Part shown: positions 56,788 to 64,000 of the stretch, piece after piece
Position numbering within the stretch: the first letter of the stretch is position 1
Layout of the letters: each line of letters opens with the position of its first letter
Assembly (NCBI GenBank): GCA_963828735.1
Contig: CAWHFW010000005.1
Span: forward strand, 1,568,001 to 1,632,000
Source of the DNA: an uncultured Gemmatimonadales bacterium
GTDB taxonomy: Bacteria > Gemmatimonadota > Gemmatimonadetes > Gemmatimonadales > GWC2-71-9
Direction of reading: 5' to 3'
DNA: 64,000 bases
Notes under the pieces: generated by a model
What the model saw: only the letters and a program-made list of their open reading frames with translations
What the model was told of the DNA's origin: nothing
Database searches by the model: none
Translations under genes and position numbers: made by a program

Positions 56788-57744
56788 TCAGGGCTCCGAG
56801 ACGACGAACGGACTGCCACCGAGCTTGGCCTTGAGGCTCGCCGCCGCGGTCTGGGCGGCCTCGCGCGTCGGGTACTCACCCACCCGCACCTTGTAGAGAC
56901 CGCCCTGCTGGACCGTCACGACCGTGAGGCCGAGCGAGCGAGCTTTGCGTCCCGCTTCGTCGGCCGACTTCTGCGACCCGACGGCCGCGACCTGGATGCG
57001 ATACACGGTCCGCGCGGGAGCGGACGGCGCCGGTGCGGACGACGGCGAGGCGGGGGTCGGTGTCGGCGCGCCTCCCGCAGGCGGCGTGGGGGAGGTCGGT
57101 GCCCGCGATGGCGAAGGTGCGCCGGCACCCGCCCCGGTCGAGTCCCGCCGCGTGCTGTCCGTCGAGGCGTGCGCGGTCGCCGCGGAATCCGGACCCAGAT
57201 CGCACCGTTGATAGAGGTAGCCGAGCTGGTTCTGCAACTCGACGTCGCTTCGGGCCTGCGCCATGCCATCGGCGAGCCACCGGCAGGCCGCTTGTGGATT
57301 CTTGTTGTCGAAGTACGTGCGTCCCGCCCAATAGGCGGCCTGGGCCATCAATGGCGACGCGGGAAAATCGGTGTGGAGACGCTCGAGGTTGCGAGCGGCC
57401 CCGTCGAAGTTCCGGGTCGCGTAGTCCATCTGTACCAGCCGAAGCAGCGCGTCGTCGGCCCAGTCGGACGTGGAATACTCGACCGTCACTCGCTGGAGCT
57501 GGCGGCGCATCTCGCCGGCGGACGTCGCCACCATCGCCTGGGTGTAGAGGATCTGCGGATACAGCGTATCGCTCGGCGGCGTGGCATCCAGGAGCCGCTG
57601 GACGGCCGCCCGCGCCGAGTCACCCTGGCCCTCCTGCGCGGCTCGCACCGCGTCCACCAGGCGCGGATCGGTCTGGGCCTGCAGAGCGTTCGCGCCGAGC
57701 GCCATGGAAGCCACGAGGATCCATCCCGCGATCGCTGGTCTCAT
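56788..57744 (-). CDS. TPR-like plus SPOR domain periplasmic protein
   Basis: Signal peptide; WADDALLRL..FPASP; YRIQVAA..YKVRVGEYPTR. Confidence 0.85.
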   Translation of the reverse strand: MRPAIAGWILVASMALGANALQAQTDPRLVDAVRAAQEGQGDSARAAVQRLLDATPPSDTLYPQILYTQAMVATSAGEMRRQLQRVTVEYSTSDWADDALLRLVQMDYATRNFDGAARNLERLHTDFPASPLMAQAAYWAGRTYFDNKNPQAACRWLADGMAQARSDVELQNQLGYLYQRCDLGPDSAATAHASTDSTRRDSTGAGAGAPSPSRAPTSPTPPAGGAPTPTPASPSSAPAPSAPARTVYRIQVAAVGSQKSADEAGRKARSLGLTVVTVQQGGLYKVRVGEYPTREAAQTAAASLKAKLGGSPFVVSEP

Positions 57745-58796
57745 GCAGCCTCGCTTCGCTGGACGGCCAGCCGCAGCACCAGATCGGTCAGAATCCCGCG
57801 CTCGTCGGAGATGGTGGTGTTCTTGAGCGCCTGATCGGCGTCCCGCGCGGCACGCAGCCCGTCGCGCACTCGTGGAAGGGGCCACGCGGCGGCCCACGCC
57901 GCCCACTTCGCGCTCTCGTCCTTCCAGTCGGGCAGGCCGAAGATGCGAAGCTGCCGGAGCCGCTCGAGCACCAGGCGCTCCAGGCTGCCCGCGCGCACGC
58001 GTCGATCGTAGTGGCTCCGCGCCAGTCCGACGCCCACCAGGCTCGTGCCCAGGAGCGAGACCAGTCGCACGCCGGTGACGCCGGATTGGTCAAGCAACGG
58101 GCCGAGCATTCGGGCCGCCTTGCCTGCCGCCCCCTCCAGCGCGGCGTCGCGCCAGTCGTACACCGTCTCGCCGTGGCGAACGCCGACGAGCGCGCCGACC
58201 TGCTCGGCCGTCAGGGGCGGCTCCGAAGGCAGCGCCCGCAGCTTCTCGAGCTCTGCGGCCACCCCGCCCAGCTCGCCGCCCGTCGCGGCGAGCAGGTGAT
58301 CGGCCGCCGCATCCTCGAGCGCGACGCCCAGTCGCGCCGCCCGGCGCAGCAGCCAGCGGCGGGCCCGCTCGGGCGGCAGCGGCTCACACTCGACGGCGAA
58401 GGCGCGGCGCACGAGGTCCTTGTCGGCCTCTTCCTCGGCGGCGCCCTGCACCAGGATCACGACCGTCTCGGCGGCCGGGCGCTCGAGGTACGTGAGGAAG
58501 GCGGCGCGAGCCTTGGGCTTCCGCTTCCACCCCTCCACGTCGCGGAGGACGACCGCGCGTCGGTCGGCCATCATCGGCAGTGTGGTGCACAGGGTGAAAA
58601 TGGCCTCGGGATCGAGCTGGCCGGCCGACCGCTGGTCGAGGTTGAAGTCGCGCAGGCCCGGATCGAGCGCGCGATCGAGGATCGCCTGGACCGCCTCGTC
58701 CTTCAGGATGTCCTCGGGACCATGCAGGTAGTAGACCGGCGCCAGCTCGCCCTTGGGCAAGGAGCGCAGCAGCGTGTCGTATGTCTGTGCGGGCAT
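57741..58796 (-). CDS. holA: DNA polymerase III delta subunit
   Basis: PVYYLHGPEDILKD, DFNLD, TLPMMADRRAVV, ELEKL, ADQALK. Confidence 0.9.
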   Translation of the reverse strand: MPAQTYDTLLRSLPKGELAPVYYLHGPEDILKDEAVQAILDRALDPGLRDFNLDQRSAGQLDPEAIFTLCTTLPMMADRRAVVLRDVEGWKRKPKARAAFLTYLERPAAETVVILVQGAAEEEADKDLVRRAFAVECEPLPPERARRWLLRRAARLGVALEDAAADHLLAATGGELGGVAAELEKLRALPSEPPLTAEQVGALVGVRHGETVYDWRDAALEGAAGKAARMLGPLLDQSGVTGVRLVSLLGTSLVGVGLARSHYDRRVRAGSLERLVLERLRQLRIFGLPDWKDESAKWAAWAAAWPLPRVRDGLRAARDADQALKNTTISDERGILTDLVLRLAVQRSEAA

Positions 58797-58854
58797 GCCG
58801 AATTGTAGAAGGGGTGACGCGGAAGGGCCAAGTGATGCGTCAGTCGCCTCATGT

Positions 58855-59397
58855 TTACCGATTTCGCACAAAACACTGAACAAACATCAGGCTTGTCGAA
58901 GTCTTGGCATCCTGGATAGTGCCGGAGCGCAGCATGCCCATCACCTCGGACCAGGGCAGCGGGTGCAGCTCCATGAACTCGTCCACCTCACGGCGCGCCG
59001 TTCCCTCGGTGAGCCCACGCGCCATGAACAGGTGGATTATCTCGTCGGTGAACCCCGGGGTGGTGTAGATCGTCGTCAGGCGCTCGATCGCCGCCGCCCG
59101 CATCCCGGTTTCCTCCTCCAACTCTCGGCGCGCGCAGGTCTCGGGACTCTCACCCGAGTCGAGCCGTCCGGCCGGCACCTCCCAGATGAAGCCATCGGCC
59201 GCGTGGCGAAACTGCCGAATGAGCAGCACTCGCGGGTCGGCGTCGAGCGGATCGTCCAGGAAGGGCACGACCGCGGACGCGCCGGGATGCCGCAGCATCT
59301 CGAGCTGGCCGGTGGACCCGTCGGGAAAGCGGACCGTGTCGCTGTCGAGGTTGACGATGCGGCCGGTGTACAGCCGCTCGGTGGAGATCAGGGTCAT
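58855..59397 (-). CDS. NUDIX hydrolase (ADP-ribose pyrophosphatase-like)
   Basis: HPGA, EVPAGRLDSGESPETCARRELEEETG, TPGFTDE. Confidence 0.92.
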   Translation of the reverse strand: MTLISTERLYTGRIVNLDSDTVRFPDGSTGQLEMLRHPGASAVVPFLDDPLDADPRVLLIRQFRHAADGFIWEVPAGRLDSGESPETCARRELEEETGMRAAAIERLTTIYTTPGFTDEIIHLFMARGLTEGTARREVDEFMELHPLPWSEVMGMLRSGTIQDAKTSTSLMFVQCFVRNR

Positions 59398-59401
59398 GGG
59401 A

Positions 59402-60001
59402 TCACCAGCTCCGGACCCAGGCGACGGGGATCTTGAATCCCTCGGCGAGGAGGTAGCGGAGCTCGAGCACGGGGTTATTGGAGATGGGGCTGCTCTCGGT
59501 CGGCGAGGTGTAGGCCTCGAGCTCCGTTCGCCGTGCCTCGAGTCGCAGGCGGAACATGTGAAAGGGATCGCTCACGAGGAGCACGCGCCGGAGGCCGCGC
59601 ACATGGAGCCACTCGGTCACCGCCGTCATCGATTCGTGGGTGGTGCGGCCCTCGCTCTGCGCGACGACGGCCTCCTCGGGCACGCCGTGCGCGATCAGGT
59701 AGCGGCGGCCGACCATCGCTTCGCTGGTCGTGTCGCCGCGCCCCACGCCCCCGGTGACCAGGATGAGCGGCGCGGTCTGGTCGCGGTAGAGGCCCAGCGC
59801 ATGGTCGAGCCGGGCCCGCAGCACGGGCGACGGGCGCCCGTTGTACTGCGCGGCCCCGAGTACGACGAGCGCGTCCACCGGCTGCCGCTGGTCCTCCTGG
59901 CTCGCCACCAGCACCATGGCGAGCGACACGGTGTAGACGACGGCCGCGGTGAGCAGCAGCAGCCCGAGCGCCTGGTGCAGCGGACGGGGCGGGGCGGGCA
60001 C
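59402..60001 (-). CDS. YdcF/ElyC (DUF218) family protein
   Basis: DALVVLGAA, RLDHA, VTGG, SEA, VSDPFH. Confidence 0.88.
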   Translation of the reverse strand: MPAPPRPLHQALGLLLLTAAVVYTVSLAMVLVASQEDQRQPVDALVVLGAAQYNGRPSPVLRARLDHALGLYRDQTAPLILVTGGVGRGDTTSEAMVGRRYLIAHGVPEEAVVAQSEGRTTHESMTAVTEWLHVRGLRRVLLVSDPFHMFRLRLEARRTELEAYTSPTESSPISNNPVLELRYLLAEGFKIPVAWVRSW

Positions 60002-60015
60002 GGGCGGATGATCCG

Positions 60016-61407
60016 TTAGAGGTCGAACGCTTCGCCGTGCTTCGGCAGGACGACGTCGCGCACACCTTCCTCGCGCAGAATCGTCGCCATGGCGCCGAGG
60101 GCGTTGGGCTCTCCGTGCACCACGAACGCGCGGCGGATGGGTCCGCCGAGCCGACGGATCCAGGCGCGCAGCTCGTTCCGGTCCGCGTGGGCCGAGTAGC
60201 CGCCGATGGTCTCCACCTCGGCGCGCCGGGGGTACTCCTGGCCGAGGATCTTGACCAGCTCCTCGCCGCCCTGGATCCGGCGGCCGAGGGTGTTCTCCGC
60301 CTGAAAGCCGACGAAGAGCACCAGATTCCGGTGGTCGCTGATGCCGTTGGCGAGGTGATGCAGGATCCGCCCCGATTCGGCCATGCCGCTCGCCGCCACG
60401 ATGATGGCCGGGCCCGCGAGCTGGTTGAGCGCCTTGGAGCCGGCGACGTCCCGGACGTAGCGCACCAGTGAAAAGTCGAACAGCGGAATCTGGTCCGCGA
60501 TCAGGGCCTCGCGCTGGTCGAACACCTCGGGGTGCATCCGGAACACCGTCGTCGTGTCCACCGCGAGCGGACTGTCGATGTAGATCGGGACGTTCGGAAT
60601 GCGTTGCGCCCGATGCAGGCGGTGCAGGCTGTAGACGATCTCCTGGATTCGTCCGAGCGCGAAGGCAGGAATGAGCACCTTGCCGCCGCGGGCGGCCGTG
60701 CGCCGGATGGCCTCACCCAGGCGCTCCTCCGCGCCCGCCACGGACTCGTGGTCACGGTCAGCGTAGGTGGACTCGACGATGAGCGTGTCGATCGGGCCGG
60801 ACGGCGGCTCAGGGTCGCGGACGATCGGCAGTCCCGTGCGCCCGATGTCGCCCGAGTAGACGAGCCGATGGCTGCCGCCCTCGGTGATGCGCAGGTCCAC
60901 AGACGCGGAGCCGAGGATGTGTCCGGCCTCGACCAGCTCGACGGCGAGATGCTTCCGGAGGTGGGTGATGCGGCGATAGGGAACGCCGATCATCAGGTCC
61001 TGCACGGCGATGGCATCGGCCAGATTGTAGAGTGGCTCGCTTTCGGGCCCCGCCTTGTTCCGCCGCACCAGGTATTCGTGGTCCTTCTCCTGGATGTGCG
61101 CGGCGTCGGGCAGCATGACCGCGCAGAGATCGCGCGTCGCCGGGGTGGCGTGTATGGGGCCGTGGAACCCGTGCCGCACGAGGAGCGGCAGGCGTCCCGA
61201 GTGGTCGATGTGGGCGTGGCTCAGCACGACGCCGTCGAGGCGTCGCGGATCAAACGGCAGCCGCGCGTTCAACTCATGGGTCTGGGCGCGGTGCCCCTGG
61301 AACAGCCCTGCGTCGAGCAGGAATCGGCCACCCGCGGCCTCGAGCAGATGCATCGAGCCGGTGACCTGTCCCGCGGCGCCCCAAAAGGTGAGACGGATAC
61401 CGCTCAC
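60016..61407 (-). CDS. MBL-fold beta-CASP ribonuclease
   Basis: GAAGQVTGS, SHAHIDHSG, AGHILGS, ESTY, YSAHAD, VHGE. Confidence 0.92.
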   Translation of the reverse strand: MSGIRLTFWGAAGQVTGSMHLLEAAGGRFLLDAGLFQGHRAQTHELNARLPFDPRRLDGVVLSHAHIDHSGRLPLLVRHGFHGPIHATPATRDLCAVMLPDAAHIQEKDHEYLVRRNKAGPESEPLYNLADAIAVQDLMIGVPYRRITHLRKHLAVELVEAGHILGSASVDLRITEGGSHRLVYSGDIGRTGLPIVRDPEPPSGPIDTLIVESTYADRDHESVAGAEERLGEAIRRTAARGGKVLIPAFALGRIQEIVYSLHRLHRAQRIPNVPIYIDSPLAVDTTTVFRMHPEVFDQREALIADQIPLFDFSLVRYVRDVAGSKALNQLAGPAIIVAASGMAESGRILHHLANGISDHRNLVLFVGFQAENTLGRRIQGGEELVKILGQEYPRRAEVETIGGYSAHADRNELRAWIRRLGGPIRRAFVVHGEPNALGAMATILREEGVRDVVLPKHGEAFDL

Positions 61408-61434
61408 GTGTCGATCCAGGATCAGGGTGAAGGC

Positions 61435-62085
61435 TCAGAGGTGACGAGTGCCGAACAGTCGGTCGCCGGCGTCGCCGAGGCCGGGCAGAATGTAACCCTG
61501 CTCGTTGAGCTGGCGGTCGAGCGCCGCGGTGAAGATCGGCACGTCGGGATGCGCGGCGAGCATCCGCCCGACGCCTTCGGGCGCCGCCACGATGGAGAGG
61601 AACCGGATTCGGCGCGCCCCTGCCTCCTTGAGCGCCGACACCGCCGCCACGGCGGAGCCGCCGGTCGCGAGCATCGGGTCGAGCAGGTAGAAGTCGCGCG
61701 CCACCTCGTCCGCCGGAATCTTGAAGTAGTAGTCCACCGGCTTGAGCGTGTCGTGATCCCGGTAGAGGCCGATGTGCCCCACACGGGCCGACGGAATGAG
61801 CTGCGCGATGCCCTCCACCATGCCGAGCCCTGCCCGGAGAATCGGCACCAGCGTCAGCTTCTTGCCCGAGACCTGGCGGCCGGTCATCCGTTCGAGCGGT
61901 GTGTCGATCTCGACCGGCTCGGTCGCCAGGTCCTTGGTCGCCTCGTACGCCATCAGCGTCGCGATCTCGCCGACCAGCTGCTTGAAGTCGCGTGTGCTGG
62001 TCTCGCGATCGCGGAGGATCGAGAGCTTGTGCTGAATGAGCGGATGATCGAGGACGGTGAGGTTCGCGAATGGGGCGGCAGCCAT
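61435..62085 (-). CDS. upp: Uracil phosphoribosyltransferase
   Basis: [35 protein letters not shown]. Confidence 0.97.
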   Translation of the reverse strand: MAAAPFANLTVLDHPLIQHKLSILRDRETSTRDFKQLVGEIATLMAYEATKDLATEPVEIDTPLERMTGRQVSGKKLTLVPILRAGLGMVEGIAQLIPSARVGHIGLYRDHDTLKPVDYYFKIPADEVARDFYLLDPMLATGGSAVAAVSALKEAGARRIRFLSIVAAPEGVGRMLAAHPDVPIFTAALDRQLNEQGYILPGLGDAGDRLFGTRHL

Positions 62086-62201
62086 GCGACCAATATGCGG
62101 GCGGGATCGGGGGATCGGGAGGGCGATCGCCTGTGCCCGATGAGAGAACGGCCACCGTTTCCCGGTGGCCGTTCGAGTTGACGCGTTCAGTGGGTGTTCG
62201 T

Positions 62202-62555
62202 CTACTTGGCCGTGGTCGTGTCCTTGCTCGTCGAGCCACGCGCCTTCTTCGCGGCCGCGGTGGCCACGGAGTCGACGCCGCCGTGCGCGCCACAGGCGCC
62301 CTGGCCCGTCGGGGCATTCGAGCCGTCCTTACACACGACCAGGTCGCCCTTGAGCATGGTGTCGGTGGCGGCCCCGGCCTTGGAGACCGAGCTGTCGTTC
62401 TGATAGCCCTTGTAGCCCGACGTGTCCGGGCGCATGGCGCTCGTGTCTTTGGCGGGAGCGTTCGTAGGCTGCTGCGCCCACGCCGCGGATGCGCTGCCGA
62501 GCGCCAGCACGCCGACCAGGGCCAGCGTCCGCATGTAGCGAGAGTGAATAGCCAT
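62202..62555 (-). CDS. Small secreted protein with a CKDG..GAC..HGGV motif (DUF3761-like)
   Basis: Signal peptide (AWA); [17 protein letters not shown]. Confidence 0.7.
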   Translation of the reverse strand: MAIHSRYMRTLALVGVLALGSASAAWAQQPTNAPAKDTSAMRPDTSGYKGYQNDSSVSKAGAATDTMLKGDLVVCKDGSNAPTGQGACGAHGGVDSVATAAAKKARGSTSKDTTTAK

Positions 62556-62828
62556 CTGCCTCGTCCTTCCTCCAATGTTGCCGAGCTGGACAGCCATGGG
62601 CTGCCCGGAGACCTGCGCCGCGCAGCTTAGAGGGCTGTACCGGCCGAGTCTGTGATTCGGATCATGTGCCGGGACGTGTCGCGTTCCCTTATTACGCGGC
62701 TCGTATTACGCGGCTCGCGTGCTTGCGGAGCCGCCAAACCGATTTATTATTTGGCCCCTCAAATAGTAACGTCGGCGTATTGGTCCGGCTTCCGGCCGAA
62801 AGGTGTCCAGTTCAATGGCGGTAAGCAA

Positions 62829-63505
62829 TTGACAGTAAATAAGATAGAACCGGATACCAAATCCCCGCGGTGGCAACGACGCCCCGACACGCGCCGAGCG
62901 GAAATTCTCGACGGCGCCGTTTTGGCCTTCGGGCAGAACGGCTACAAACGAGCCACCCTGGCCGATGTCGCCGAGTATGCGGGCGTCTCCGCGGGAACCG
63001 TGTCGCACTACTTCGGATCCAAAGCCAGGCTGTTCGAGGAGGTCATCGCCGAGCGGCTGATGCCGTATGTCGAGGCGGAGGAAGCGAGCCTCGCGAGCCA
63101 CCGGGGCCCGATGCGCGACCTGCTCGATCAGCTGCTCCGTCGGCTTTGGGATCGGTCCTGGGAGCCGGGCATCCTGGACCTCATGCGGGTCGTGAAGGTG
63201 GAAAGCGGAGAATTCCCCGACTCGGGGCGCTTGCTTTGCCGGCAGCTCGGCGAGCGCTGGCGCTCGATCTTCAGCCAGATCCTGCGGGTGGGGATGAGGA
63301 ATGGGGAGTTTCGCTGTAGTGATGTGGACGTCGCCGCGCGCGTGATCAGCTTCGCGCTGGTCGGCGTGGCGGAGAAGGTGTCGGTGTTCCAGTCCTACGA
63401 TCCCGAGATGCCGGCACGTGAGGCGATGTGGCAGGCGGTGCGCGAGATGGTCGAACGGTTCGTGCTCGTGGATGCGTCCCGAGCCACCACACAAGGAGAC
63501 CCGGG

Positions 63506-63509
<4 letters not shown>
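62829..63509 (+). CDS. TetR/AcrR-family regulator (start uncertain)
   Basis: EILDGA..F..GY..TLADVA..AGVSAGTVSHYFGSK. Confidence 0.88.

Positions 63510-64000
<491 letters not shown>

Overview
High-GC bacterial chromosome segment spanning the replication origin: dnaN-[oriC]-dnaA on the minus strand, and rpmH-rnpA-yidD-yidC...mnmE on the plus strand. Gene content (kinase-TPR fusion, many secreted lipoproteins and peptidases) suggests Gemmatimonadota; this is inference. Also present: rnpB, mutS, holA, ddl, cystathionine beta-synthase, upp, two RND efflux operons, an NtrY/NtrX-like sigma-54 two-component system and a peptidase-rich accessory left arm. The best novel candidate is at 4.7-9.0 kb. A consensus sigma-54 promoter drives a c-di-GMP-I (GEMM-I)-fold riboswitch carrying U at the ligand-pairing position normally occupied by C92, with a visible RBS-sequestering alternative helix, upstream of an uncharacterised Cys-repeat lipoprotein. 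Next to it is a head-to-head pair of a circularly permuted ATP-grasp ligase and a motif-altered M32 carboxypeptidase. Other observations: a Bacillus-like DnaA-trio unwinding element with degenerate DnaA boxes, probable non-canonical starts (rnpA CTG, DMT ATT), several probable leaderless genes, a four-copy hairpin family, an 8-bp tandem repeat and a DinB pseudogene. No CRISPR array, tRNA, rRNA or transposase was seen. All product calls come from motif recognition by eye, not from database searches.
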